Shown: piece after piece, positions 1 to 9,821 of the stretch
Position numbering within the stretch: position 1 is the first letter of the stretch
Layout of the letters: every line of letters starts with the position of its first letter
Assembly: GCF_044324875.1 (NCBI RefSeq)
Contig: NZ_CP172185.1
Source of the DNA: Escherichia coli
GTDB taxonomy: Bacteria; Pseudomonadota; Gammaproteobacteria; Enterobacterales; Enterobacteriaceae
DNA length: 64,000 nt
Reading direction: 5' to 3' (one strand)
Notes under the pieces: generated by a model
Seen by the model: only the letters and a program-made list of their open reading frames with translations
Database searches by the model: none
Told to the model about the DNA's origin: nothing
Position numbers and translations under genes: made by a program

Positions 1-661
1 GGGTTACCAGCAGCAGCGCCAGGGGATAATGTGATGCCAGAACATCGGTTCCCTTCCGGACATCCTGTTCACCGCTGATAAAGAACAGTTCCTCTTCCGA
101 TACCTTTGCCACATCCGCCAGCATGAGCGCCCGGTGCAGACACTCACGCAGTTGCGATATGCTCTGCCACAGGTCAGTCCGGATGTTGGGGTCAAAGCTG
201 ACCCTGCCGCCAGCCTGCCGGATGTTCTCCATGGCCTGAAACGTGGCGCTGCGGCAGGGCTCTGCACTCAGGGCATTGGAGCAGGTATGCAGCCATTCAC
301 CGGCACGAAAGGGCGGTAAATCATCAGGGGTAAGGAAAAGGTCTGCCGAAGGGCGCACCATAAATGTGAAGGTTCGTTCACCACCCGGCACCAGCGACAC
401 CACCACTGTGGAAGTCCGGTACAGAGGGTCGGTATGCATATACGCCGTGTCCACACCCTCATCAGCCAGGGTTTTGCGCATAAAACGCCCGAAAGGGTCA
501 TCCCCCACACACCCGACAAACCCGCTCAGGCCCCCCAGTCGGGCCACGCCCACGGCAACATTGGCAGGCGCACCACCAGGGCACTGCAACAGCGTGCCCG
601 GCTTCTCCGGTAATAAATCCACCACGGCATCACCGAGACCCCATACTTTTACTGTACTCAT
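1..661 (-). CDS. Fructokinase, PfkB family (CscK/ScrK-like); N-terminal ~220 codons, 3' end lies beyond window start
   Basis: Start codon is complement of 659-661; hand translation gives MSTVKVWGLGDAVVDLLPEKPGTLLQCPGGAPANVAVGVARLGG..., matching enteric fructokinase N-terminus; frame stays open to position 2 (checked at both ends). Confidence 0.85.
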   Translation of the reverse strand, partial: MSTVKVWGLGDAVVDLLPEKPGTLLQCPGGAPANVAVGVARLGGLSGFVGCVGDDPFGRFMRKTLADEGVDTAYMHTDPLYRTSTVVVSLVPGGERTFTFMVRPSADLFLTPDDLPPFRAGEWLHTCSNALSAEPCRSATFQAMENIRQAGGRVSFDPNIRTDLWQSISQLRECLHRALMLADVAKVSEEELFFISGEQDVRKGTDVLASHYPLALLLVT

Positions 662-690
662 TCATACTCCATGATTTTCATCAGTCATAT

Positions 691-1267
691 TCAGCGGATG
701 ACAGACAGCTCAAACATCGCCATATCCGTGGTTCCGGCTGGAATTGGATACCAACCCGCATTCCGGAGCAGGGCAGCGAGGGCAGACACATCGCCGGTCA
801 GGGGATGCAGCAACCTCCCCTGATAATCAAATGCCGCCTCAAGACGTGAGCGGGAAAGATAAAAGCTGCCGGCATCCCCGTTCGGAACCACGACATTACG
901 CCCCTCCCATTTCCGGTCGCTCAGTATCCGCCAGCACCAGCCCTGCTCCCTGATGGTTTCCAGGGCGAATGTCAGGCGGAACAGGTCAGTCTGTACCGAC
1001 ACATCACCAGAGCAGGCCTGCCACAGATACTCCAGCCTGCTGCGGATATCTTTCGCCCCGCTTTCACTCTGCAGGGCTCTGATATGTGCGGGGAAAACGG
1101 TGCTGTTTCAGTGCTGTGCTCCGCCAGCGGTTTAGAAACAGGTTTTCCTGGATTTTTGACGCAATCCGGCCATCCCGGCGGGCCAGATGCAGGGCTACCA
1201 GCCCGCACCAGGTCAGATGTGCGGCTTTCCCTGATACCAGCTGCCCGCTGGCGATATTGTCACTCAT
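691..1267 (-). pseudogene. Unassigned ORF broken across three reading frames (possible frameshifted gene)
   Basis: Three overlapping minus-strand ORFs (1064-1267, 972-1208, 691-1002) in three frames tile a ~190-codon span between the EIIA-like gene and the fructokinase; no family recognised. Confidence 0.3.
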
Positions 1268-1272
1268 GGCGC

Positions 1273-1803
1273 TTACTGGCTGCTGATATCAAAAACCGGT
1301 GTTTCTCCGGCGATGACCGGGCCGGAGAACAGGGTTATCTCCTGGACACGGTCAGAGTCCGCCACAATCACCGGTGTCAGCGTGGACTGTGCTTTCTTCT
1401 GAAGTAACGCAAGGTCAAACCCGATGACGGGGTCACCGGTGCTGATCAGCTGGTCTTCCTGGGCAATACGCCGGAAACCCTCTCCCCTGAGGTCAACTGT
1501 GTTAATACCGAAGTGCACGAACAGTTCAGTGCCACTGTCGGTGCGGATGGAAAACGCGTGGTTTGTCTCCAGTATTTTACCGATAGTGCCGCTGACAGGA
1601 GCCACCAAGGTATCGCCGCCGGAAGGACGGATAGCAATACCATCCCCCACTATTTTCCCGGCAAACACAGCATCCGGAACCGTGTCCAGAGGGACAATTT
1701 CACCGGACAGCGGTGCCATCACGCGGGTGACTTCCGCCGGTTTCTCATTTTCACTTATCAGTTGTTTAATCCTGCCCAGTAATCCCATTGTGCTTTCCTT
1801 CAT
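1273..1803 (-). CDS. PTS EIIA(Glc)-family protein, Crr paralogue (likely start at MGLLGRIK, 1788)
   Basis: Translation contains APLSGEIVPLDTVPDAVFAGKIVGDGIAIRPSG...GTIGKILETNHAFSI...GTELFVHFGINTVDL.GEGF....STLTPV, collinear with E. coli Crr. Confidence 0.85.
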   Translation of the reverse strand: MKESTMGLLGRIKQLISENEKPAEVTRVMAPLSGEIVPLDTVPDAVFAGKIVGDGIAIRPSGGDTLVAPVSGTIGKILETNHAFSIRTDSGTELFVHFGINTVDLRGEGFRRIAQEDQLISTGDPVIGFDLALLQKKAQSTLTPVIVADSDRVQEITLFSGPVIAGETPVFDISSQ

Positions 1804-1851
1804 TACGGGTGAACCGAAAGTACTGCCGTCACCGACGGCAGTGGAATTATT

Positions 1852-3282
1852 TCAGGCCAGCGTCCACAGTGAGCCGTCCGTCAGCACAGCCTCGCCGTGA
1901 GCTGCATATAGCGACAACCGGCGGGTTCCGGGCTGCGGGTAAATACGGCTGGACAGGGTGGCATCGCCATCGTTAACGAACACTTCCACCGATGAACGGT
2001 CCAGGAAAACCCGTAGCGTCAGATATTCTGCGCCAGGCAGCGCGATACTGCGGTAACCGTCCAGCCCCTCATCCGGGTAGTGACGCCAAAGCACCAGCCG
2101 TCCTGCCTGGTTATCCACATACAGCCGGAGCCCGTCTCCCAGGTGGATGCCGTAATGCTCTGCCTGACTGTCGAGGGTATGCCACGTCAGCACCAGTTCC
2201 ACGGCCTGTGCGTCCTCAGCCAGCAACTGCGTGCCACTGAGCCTTACAGGGTGTAACGGCTGGCACGTCCCGCGAAGGGATTCGGCTTCGCGAACCGGAC
2301 GCTGACACAGACGACCATGGCGTTCAAAAAGTTCCCTCGGCAGGGTCAGACATCCGGCCCAGGCCTCACGCTTTGTAGGCATCGGGGAGTCCCACATATT
2401 CATCCAGGCCATGATGATGCGCCGTCCGTCCTCCGCGACCAGGGACTGCGGGGCATAAAAATCATGACCGTGATCCAGTTCTTCAAATGCCCCGCTCAGG
2501 GCAAAAGCGGCCCCCGGCTGCCAGTGACCCGGTAAAACTCCGCTCTGAAAGCGGTTGCGGAACCGGTATCCGCCGGGCGTCATCCCCTGCGGGGAGAACA
2601 TCAGCCAGTGATGGTCGCCACAGCGGAAAAAGTCCGGACATTCCCACATATAGCTTTCTCCGGCTGCCGACTGCGCCAGAACCCGTTCCTGGCGCCAGTC
2701 CCGCAGGGATGTGCCGCGATACAGCAGCACCTGACCGGTGTCAGAGGTATCCCGCGCGCCGATAACCATCCACCAGTATCCCCCTTCCCGCCAGACCTTC
2801 GGGTCACGGAAATGCATGATGCCTTCCGGTGGCGTCAGCACGCAGCCCTGTTTCTCAAAGTGAATGCCGTCACGGCTGGTTGCCAGACACTGGACTTCGC
2901 GGATGATGCTGTCATCCCCCCGATCCTCCAGACAGAGATGACCGGTGTAGATAAGCGACAGCACGCCGTTGTCGTCCACTGCGCTGCCGGAAAAACAGCC
3001 ATCCCGGTCATATTCATCACCGGGTGCCAGCGCAACCGGCTCATGCTGCCAGTGCAGCATGTCCGGACTGGTGGCATGTCCCCAGTGCATCGGCCCCTGA
3101 TGTTCACTTGCCGGATGGTGCTGAAAGAATGCGTGATAGCGACCGCTGAAATAAATAAGCCCGTTCGGATCATTCATCCATCCGGCAGGTGGAGCCAGAT
3201 GAAAAACCGGGTACCAGGTATCACCACGACGGGCGCGGAGTGTATCAAGTGCAACCTGTGCAGAGGCAAGACGCTGTTTCAT
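1852..3282 (-). CDS. rafD: Raffinose invertase / sucrose hydrolase, glycoside hydrolase family 32
   Basis: 476-aa ORF with GH32 N-terminal block WMNDPNGL and FSGSAVDD; last gene of a rafR-rafA-rafB cluster. Confidence 0.9.
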   Translation of the reverse strand: MKQRLASAQVALDTLRARRGDTWYPVFHLAPPAGWMNDPNGLIYFSGRYHAFFQHHPASEHQGPMHWGHATSPDMLHWQHEPVALAPGDEYDRDGCFSGSAVDDNGVLSLIYTGHLCLEDRGDDSIIREVQCLATSRDGIHFEKQGCVLTPPEGIMHFRDPKVWREGGYWWMVIGARDTSDTGQVLLYRGTSLRDWRQERVLAQSAAGESYMWECPDFFRCGDHHWLMFSPQGMTPGGYRFRNRFQSGVLPGHWQPGAAFALSGAFEELDHGHDFYAPQSLVAEDGRRIIMAWMNMWDSPMPTKREAWAGCLTLPRELFERHGRLCQRPVREAESLRGTCQPLHPVRLSGTQLLAEDAQAVELVLTWHTLDSQAEHYGIHLGDGLRLYVDNQAGRLVLWRHYPDEGLDGYRSIALPGAEYLTLRVFLDRSSVEVFVNDGDATLSSRIYPQPGTRRLSLYAAHGEAVLTDGSLWTLA

Positions 3283-4571
3283 AAGCGAACCTCCGTCTGT
3301 GCTGTAGCGGTTTCTGCTGACGGGGCAGCCGTTTTACGGGTACTGCTCAGGGTGAAAGCCGATAACACGGTGACCGCAAGGACAATACCGCCCAGAACCA
3401 GATAGGTGTTCTGGAACCCCATGCGGTCATACAGGTGACCTGCAAAGGTTGAGAGGAATATCGCCGCCAGTTGTTTGGAGAACTGAAAGCCAATCAGATA
3501 AATGGTGGCCGACAGCCGGGTATCAAACACGCCGGTGATATACTTGAACGCACCAACCAGCAGGAATGGGACTTCAAGGGCATGCAGCATTTTCAGGATC
3601 ACCACTTCAGTAGCCGTGGTGGCAAAGGCCGACCCTGTGATGCGGATGGTCATAATCAGACCCGCGACAAGCAGTGTGTTTTTGGCACCAATGCGGTTGA
3701 TTATCCAGGGGGAGCAGAACATGATGATGGCATTGCAAATCTCGCCAGCCGTGGTGGCAAAACCAAATGCCCGGATCCCCGCCTGCGGCGTGTCAAAAAA
3801 TGCACGGAAGAACGTGGCAAACTGCTGGTCAAACACGTCATAGACGCAGGCCACCCCAATCATGTAAAGCACGAACATCCACATCTGACGCATACGAAAC
3901 AGACTGAACACCATTCCGGCGGAAATCACGGGCGAGTTGGCACCCAGCGCATTCATGACCATCGCTGTCTGACTGGTTCCGGGACGCGCCAGCGCCACCA
4001 GAAGGACCAGCAGCAATGCGCAGCCGGACCCCATCCAGAATACCAGGGACGGATCCACGTTGAAAAGCAGCCCTGCCGTGGTGGCACACAGCGCCCAGCC
4101 CAGACAGCCGAACATCCGGGCCTTACCGTATTCAAATCCGCTGCTGCGGCTGACACGTTCAATATAGGCTTCGATGGCACCGGCTCCCGCAGAAAAAACG
4201 AAGCCGATAAAAATCCCGCCGCTCAGTGCTCCGGCCCAGATGTTGAACCGCAGCAGCGGCGCAAAAACGTACAGAAAGAACGGTGCAAACAGGACCAGCA
4301 GCAGGCTGATGATCCACATCAGGTGTTTTTTCAGGCCAAGACGGTCTGAGATGACCCCCAGCAGCGGCTGGAAGCTGATGGCAAACAGGGAGAGGCATGA
4401 AAAAACAATCCCGGTATCCGTTTTACTCAGCCCCACAATGTCTGACAGCCAGACGGGCAGAAACGGGAAACAGGTTGCCATGATGAAAAAGTAGAGAAAA
4501 AAGAACAGACCAAATATCCAGAAATCGGGGTTTTTATGAGTACTGACAGTATTCATTATTGTTATCCTCAC
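3279..4571 (-). CDS. rafB: Raffinose permease, LacY-type oligosaccharide:H+ symporter (MFS)
   Basis: 430-aa ORF; N-terminal NPDFWIFGLFFFLYFFIMATCFPFLPVWL and the rest are collinear with LacY; stop overlaps rafD start. Confidence 0.9.
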   Translation of the reverse strand: MRITIMNTVSTHKNPDFWIFGLFFFLYFFIMATCFPFLPVWLSDIVGLSKTDTGIVFSCLSLFAISFQPLLGVISDRLGLKKHLMWIISLLLVLFAPFFLYVFAPLLRFNIWAGALSGGIFIGFVFSAGAGAIEAYIERVSRSSGFEYGKARMFGCLGWALCATTAGLLFNVDPSLVFWMGSGCALLLVLLVALARPGTSQTAMVMNALGANSPVISAGMVFSLFRMRQMWMFVLYMIGVACVYDVFDQQFATFFRAFFDTPQAGIRAFGFATTAGEICNAIIMFCSPWIINRIGAKNTLLVAGLIMTIRITGSAFATTATEVVILKMLHALEVPFLLVGAFKYITGVFDTRLSATIYLIGFQFSKQLAAIFLSTFAGHLYDRMGFQNTYLVLGGIVLAVTVLSAFTLSSTRKTAAPSAETATAQTEVRL

Positions 4572-4610
4572 GGGACTGAGTGCAGGGAGCCGTGACCGGC
4601 TCCGGTCCTT

Positions 4611-6737
4611 TTATGCCAAACGTTCAAGGGCAATCAGCATGGCGCTTTCCGGATCCAGTACGGGAAGCTGAATACCGGCCTGCGCCAGCCATTCCCCACT
4701 GATGTCGGAGGTCTGGTTCATCCAGCCGGGCAGCCTGCGCATGGTATGCCCGCCTTCACCGACCAGCTGAATATCCGGATGGTCAACAACACGAAGCCGG
4801 TAACGGGCCTGTGGTGCCAGCCCCGGAAAACGTAGAGCACCCGGCAGGGTGTGATCCGGCATGGCAAGCTGGCTCACCAGGAAGAGCGCCTGCGACTGAT
4901 CCGGGCTGACCACCCCCTGCACCTGTGTCGCCGCATCCGGCATATCCACCCGCCATAGGGTGCCCGTGTGGATAAGCTGCCGCCATTCTTTGTAGAGCGA
5001 GGCATAGCGGCGGTAACCGGCGGATTCCTCTTCTCCGGCCGTTACCGGATCCAGCTCCAGTCCCATATGACCGAACAGGGCCGTCAGACCGCGAAAGGCA
5101 ATGCTGTGCTGCCGGAAGGTGGCATGGCAGCGATGATGACCGATGTGTGCCCCCATAACCTCCGGCGGGAAAAAGTAACTCATGCCACGCTGTATGGTGC
5201 AGCGCTCCAGGGCGTCATTGTTGTCAGAAGCCCAGAAGCGGTGCGTGCGGGTCAGAACCTCAAAGTCGATACGTCCACCGCCGGAAGCGCAGGACTCAAA
5301 CTCAACACGGGGAAAACGTTCGCGCAGGAGATCCAGCAGCCGGTAAAACTGACGGGTCTGCGCGTCCGCCGCCGCCCGACCTTCATGCCCGGCCTGGACC
5401 AGCTCGCGGTTCATGTCCCATTTCACATAGTCAACTGGGTGTTCGCCCAGCAGCCATAAACAGCGTTCATAAATGTAAGCAAAGGCCTCAGGAATGTTCA
5501 GGTTGAGAACATACTGATGTCTCCCGGTTGGTTGTGTGTACCCCGGCATTGACAGTACCCAGTCAGGATGGCGGCGAAAGAGGTCAGAGTCCGGGTTAAT
5601 CATTTCCGGTTCCACCCAGATACCGAACTCCATGCCGAGTGATTTCACATGGTTAATCACCGGCATCAGTCCGTCCGGATACTTCTGTTCATCCAGATAC
5701 CAGTCGCCCAGAGCCGCATGGTCATCATTGCGCCCCTTAAACCAGCCGTCGTCGATAATGAAACGTTCAACGCCAAGCGCTGCCGCACGTCCGGCCATCT
5801 GCATGATGTAGTTCGGGTCGTGGTCAAAATAAATACCTTCCCAGGTATTGAGGTGCACCGGACGGGGTTTCTGCTCAGGAAAACGGATGATTTCATCGCG
5901 CAGAAAACGGTGGTACTGCTGACTCATACCATTGAGCCCCTCCGGGGAATAGCTGGCGTACAGCCACGGCGTGTACACGGTCTCATCCTTCTTCAGGGCT
6001 TTTTCTCCGGGCATCCACAGTGCTTCCGCCTGGAGGTAACGCCGTCCGTCAGTTTTGACCTCACATTTCATGCGATGGTTGCCACTCCAGCCCAGATGTA
6101 CGGCCCACACCTCGCCCTGCTGTTCTGAGAAACCGGGGGCACCGGCAATCAGTGCCGGAAAATGCTCATGGGACGTGCGGCCCCGGCGGTTCTCCAGCAC
6201 AAAACCGTCATGTGTGAGACGGACCCTGTGCGGCTGAAACTCACGAGTCCAGCGTCCGTGGAAGGCCATGACTTCCTCTGCCCTTTCAGCCACAGGGAGC
6301 GTGATGGCGAAGCGGTTCACCTGCCAGTCCCCTTCACGGAGGTTCGTCAGGGCATGACGCATCTTCAGCACACCGGACGATGTCAGCACCAGTTCACTGA
6401 CCATGCGCAGACCCGCCACTGCATCCTCACTGGTCAGGGTGAGTGATTCTCCGGCCTGTACCACGCTGATGGTACGGAACACAGGGGACGCATCCAGCCC
6501 GTTGCGGTGTCCCTCCAGCCCCGGCGAGCCAAAAAGTCCCGCGCCGTTTTCGGCCATCAGCGTCAGTGGGGTGTCGGTATCCAGACGACCATTCGCAACC
6601 GGCCTTTCCAGGCTGATACAGTCATCCGGTGAAAAGTGTTTCAGGGTGGATCCCCACCAGACAATCTCTGCATACGGGTGGGTTTTAATAATCAGGTCTG
6701 AGTGGGGACTGGTCAGCCTGCGGTACATCGGTTCCAT
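4611..6737 (-). CDS. rafA: Alpha-galactosidase, glycoside hydrolase family 36
   Basis: 708-aa ORF directly downstream of the LacI-type regulator and operators; length and position match RafA. Confidence 0.9.
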   Translation of the reverse strand: MEPMYRRLTSPHSDLIIKTHPYAEIVWWGSTLKHFSPDDCISLERPVANGRLDTDTPLTLMAENGAGLFGSPGLEGHRNGLDASPVFRTISVVQAGESLTLTSEDAVAGLRMVSELVLTSSGVLKMRHALTNLREGDWQVNRFAITLPVAERAEEVMAFHGRWTREFQPHRVRLTHDGFVLENRRGRTSHEHFPALIAGAPGFSEQQGEVWAVHLGWSGNHRMKCEVKTDGRRYLQAEALWMPGEKALKKDETVYTPWLYASYSPEGLNGMSQQYHRFLRDEIIRFPEQKPRPVHLNTWEGIYFDHDPNYIMQMAGRAAALGVERFIIDDGWFKGRNDDHAALGDWYLDEQKYPDGLMPVINHVKSLGMEFGIWVEPEMINPDSDLFRRHPDWVLSMPGYTQPTGRHQYVLNLNIPEAFAYIYERCLWLLGEHPVDYVKWDMNRELVQAGHEGRAAADAQTRQFYRLLDLLRERFPRVEFESCASGGGRIDFEVLTRTHRFWASDNNDALERCTIQRGMSYFFPPEVMGAHIGHHRCHATFRQHSIAFRGLTALFGHMGLELDPVTAGEEESAGYRRYASLYKEWRQLIHTGTLWRVDMPDAATQVQGVVSPDQSQALFLVSQLAMPDHTLPGALRFPGLAPQARYRLRVVDHPDIQLVGEGGHTMRRLPGWMNQTSDISGEWLAQAGIQLPVLDPESAMLIALERLA

Positions 6738-6772
6738 AAGACATCTCCGTTTTCGGGTATGCCTTACTGTTG

Positions 6773-6811
6773 ATCCGAATCGTTTCGGATAGCAACCGAA
6801 ACGATTCGGAT
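6773..6811 (-). promoter_or_regulatory. raf operator pair (two adjacent ~18-bp palindromes) in rafA promoter region
   Basis: atccgaatcgtttcggat (6773-6790) and aaccgaaacgattcggat (6794-6811) lie between rafR stop and rafA start. Confidence 0.7.
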
Positions 6812-6830
6812 TTGTGAGCGGGATTAAAAA

Positions 6831-7841
6831 TCAGGCGGAGGGAGCAAGCGTTGTCTTGCCAGGATGAAATTCCGGCTGCCAGAGTACTTGTAGCATTTCA
6901 GGTGAAACATTCGTGACCAGCTGGCGTATCATGTCGGCAATCTGACGACCGACGCGATGTCGTGTTGACTGAAGAACTGCAGCCACATCCTGTTCAATAA
7001 TACTGTCCTGCGGCAGACCATCATAAACCACAAGAGAGACGGCATCCTCTCCGGACAGATGACCGGATAACTGCAGCGACATGGCCGCGCCATCACCGAT
7101 CAGGTCACTGTCGGTAATAATGGCCGTCGGGGGAAGCGGAAGTGACATTAACTCAGTCACTGCCTGGAAACCTGAGCGTCGGGTGGGAGAGACCCGGCGT
7201 AGCCAGGTCTCAGGCAGACCATGTTCACTCAGGGCATCGCGCCATCCCTGACGTCGTGCAGTGACATAGGCACGGGAGTTGTCCTCACTCAGCAGGGCAA
7301 TTCGCTGATGGCCCAGGGCAATCAGGTGCTGTGTGGCCTGCCAGGTTCCTGCATGGTTATCAAAGTCAAACCAGGCACAGGGAAGACCGGACGGCACCTG
7401 ACCGAGTGCCAGAAACGGAATACCGGCCTCCTGCAGGTGTGTAAGACGCGGGTCATTATCCATCGTGTGCGCCACGATAAGGGCATCAACCCGGCGGCTT
7501 TCGACCAGACGCATATAGCTGTGGCTGTCAGCCCGTTCATCATCGGCTATCAGCAGTAAGTCAATATCATGGCGGGCCAGTTCCCGGCTGATACAACTGA
7601 CCATATCCACAAACACACTACTGCTGAACAGTACAGCATGTTCAGGGAAGACCAGGCCGACCGCATCGGTTTTACCGGTTTTGAGACGTCTTGCCAGGGT
7701 ATTCGGGCGATAACCACGACGCCGAGCTTCCGCTTCTACACGTGCACGGGTCGAAGCGGAAACGTCCGAAAATCCGCCAAGCGCCCGGCTGACTGTGGTG
7801 ACAGAGATCCCGAGTTCGGCGGCGATAGCCTTGAGTGACAT
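6831..7841 (-). CDS. rafR: LacI-family repressor of the raf operon
   Basis: 336-aa ORF; N-terminal HTH MSLKAIAAELGISVTTVSRALGG typical of LacI/GalR family. Confidence 0.9.
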   Translation of the reverse strand: MSLKAIAAELGISVTTVSRALGGFSDVSASTRARVEAEARRRGYRPNTLARRLKTGKTDAVGLVFPEHAVLFSSSVFVDMVSCISRELARHDIDLLLIADDERADSHSYMRLVESRRVDALIVAHTMDNDPRLTHLQEAGIPFLALGQVPSGLPCAWFDFDNHAGTWQATQHLIALGHQRIALLSEDNSRAYVTARRQGWRDALSEHGLPETWLRRVSPTRRSGFQAVTELMSLPLPPTAIITDSDLIGDGAAMSLQLSGHLSGEDAVSLVVYDGLPQDSIIEQDVAAVLQSTRHRVGRQIADMIRQLVTNVSPEMLQVLWQPEFHPGKTTLAPSA

Positions 7842-8266
7842 ATTTTCTCCTGCGGATAACTGAACAGCCCTGTCCCTGATGCGGGTGATCCGGGCAACAA
7901 ACCTGACAGAGACGCCTGCATAAGTGGTCGCGCTGTACCAGTATGAGCCTCCATCATCCTGATTTGTGTATTAACTTTCAATACCGGAGGACGATTTGAT
8001 TACCGGTTGTTAGCAGGAGTGCGAATATTAGACCGACGGTGGAGATCTAAGACTCAGTGAGCATAGCGATACACTATATTACTGTAATTAAGCCAGTAAA
8101 CTTCCTGTTCACTGGCTTAAACGCTAATGATGTATGCAGTTGAACAAGCTTTTAAACTAATGATTAATTGATATATAGACTGGCCCCCTGAATCTCCAGA
8201 CAATCAATATCACTTAAATAAGTGATAGTCTTAATACTAGTTTTTAGACTAGTCATTGGAGAACAG

Positions 8267-8632
8267 ATGATTGATGTCTTAGGGCCGGAGAAACGCAGAC
8301 GGCGTACCACACAGGAAAAGATCGCAATTGTTCAGCAGAGCTTTGAACCGGGGATGACGGTCTCCCTCGTTGCCCGGCAACATGGTGTAGCAGCCAGCCA
8401 GTTATTTCTCTGGCGTAAGCAATACCAGGAAGGAAGTCTTACTGCTGTCGCCGCCGGAGAACAGGTTGTTCCTGCCTCTGAACTTGCTGCCGCCATGAAG
8501 CAGATTAAAGAACTCCAGCGCCTGCTCGGCAAGAAAACGATGGAAAATGAACTCCTCAAAGAAGCCGTTGAATATGGACGGGCAAAAAAGTGGATAGCGC
8601 ACGCGCCCTTATTGCCCGGGGATGGGGAGTAA
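8267..8632 (+). CDS. insC: IS2 transposase OrfA
   Basis: [56 protein letters not shown]..., 121 aa. Confidence 0.9.
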
Positions 8633-9495
8633 GCTTAGTCAGCCGTTGTCTCCGGGTGTCGCGTGCGCAGTTGCACGTCATTCTCAGACGAACCGATGAC
8701 TGGATGGATGGCCGCCGCAGTCGTCACACTGATGATACGGATGTGCTTCTCCGTATACACCATGTTATCGGAGAGCTGCCAACGTATGGTTATCGTCGGG
8801 TATGGGCGCTGCTTCGCAGACAGGCAGAACTTGATGGTATGCCTGCGATCAATGCCAAACGTGTTTACCGGATCATGCGCCAGAATGCGCTGTTGCTTGA
8901 GCGAAAACCCGCTGTACCGCCATCGAAACGGGCACATACCGGCAGAGTGGCTGTGAAAGAAAGTAATCAGCGATAGTGCTCTGACGGGTTTGAGTTCCGC
9001 TGTGATAACGGAGAAAAACTGCGGGTCACGTTCGCGCTGGACTGCTGTGACCGTGAGGCACTGCACTGGGCGGTCACAACGGGTGGCTTCGACAGTGAAA
9101 CAGTACAGGACGTCATGCTGGGAGCAGTGGAACGCCGCTTTGGCAGCGAGCTTCCGGCGTCTCCAGTGGAGTGGCTGACGGATAATGGTTCATGCTACCG
9201 GGCGAATGAAACACGTCAGTTCGCCAGGATGTTGGGACTTGAACCGAAGAACACGGCAGTGCGGAGTCCGGAGAGTAACGGAATAGCAGAGAGCTTCGTG
9301 AAAACGATAAAGCGTGACTACATAAGTATCATGCCCAAACCAGACGGGTTAACGGCAGCAAAGAACCTTGCAGAGGCGTTCGAGCATTATAACGAATGGC
9401 ATCCGCATAGTGCACTGGGTTATCGCTCGCCACGGGAATATCTACGGCAGCGGGCCAGTAATGGGTTAAGTGATAACAGGTGTCTGGAAATATAG
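8590..9495 (+). pseudogene. insD: IS2 transposase OrfB interrupted by in-frame amber codon (TAG at 8974-8976)
   Basis: Frame reads ...KESNQR-TAG-CSDGFEF...; ORFs 8590-8976 and 9115-9495 are in the same frame; intact IS2 has W (TGG) here as I recall it. Confidence 0.8.
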
Positions 9496-9506
9496 GGGCA
9501 AATCCA

Positions 9507-9794
9507 ATCGTTAGCCATGGCCTCCCTACTCCAGAGATAATATAAAGGGGCGGGCTCAACAGATTTATCTTTACGTCGCTTGCACTGCAAATATTCAGAA
9601 ATTAGTCTATGCAGTTCACCAGTAAAATCAGCCATCAGAGAGGGAATTGCCTTATTCATACCTGGGCAAGGTATTAATTTAAATTGTAATAATTTAATTT
9701 TAGGATGTGTAGCTGCAGCCCGATACAGAGTTGCAAGGACACACTTTTGCCAGAGGACGTTACAGGAAAGCTTAATGTTTGATTCTGTATACAT
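9507..9794 (-). pseudogene. 5' fragment (96 codons) of an unassigned gene truncated by IS2
   Basis: Minus-strand ORF starting at 9794 (MYTESNIKLSCNVLWQKCV...) runs straight into the IS2 right end at 9506. Confidence 0.35.
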
Positions 9795-9821
9795 AATAAA
9801 TCACCTTACAGTTACAATAGG

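Larger units (their letters stand above)
8176..9506 (+). mobile_element. IS2 (IS3 family), 1331 bp, no flanking direct repeat
   Basis: Left end tagactggccccctgaatctccagacaa... and right end ...ctggaaatataggggcaaatcca match IS2 termini; flanks atata and atcgt differ. Confidence 0.9.

Noticed and set aside
2608-3405. 265-aa plus-strand ORF
   Set aside because: Antisense overlap with rafD and rafB; no motifs; shadow ORF
3471-4349. 292-aa plus-strand ORF
   Set aside because: Antisense to rafB, low-complexity Arg/Gln/His-rich translation; typical shadow ORF of a GC-rich gene
7736-7981. 81-aa minus-strand ORF upstream of rafR
   Set aside because: Overlaps the rafR start in another frame; no RBS or motif; likely chance ORF in the promoter region
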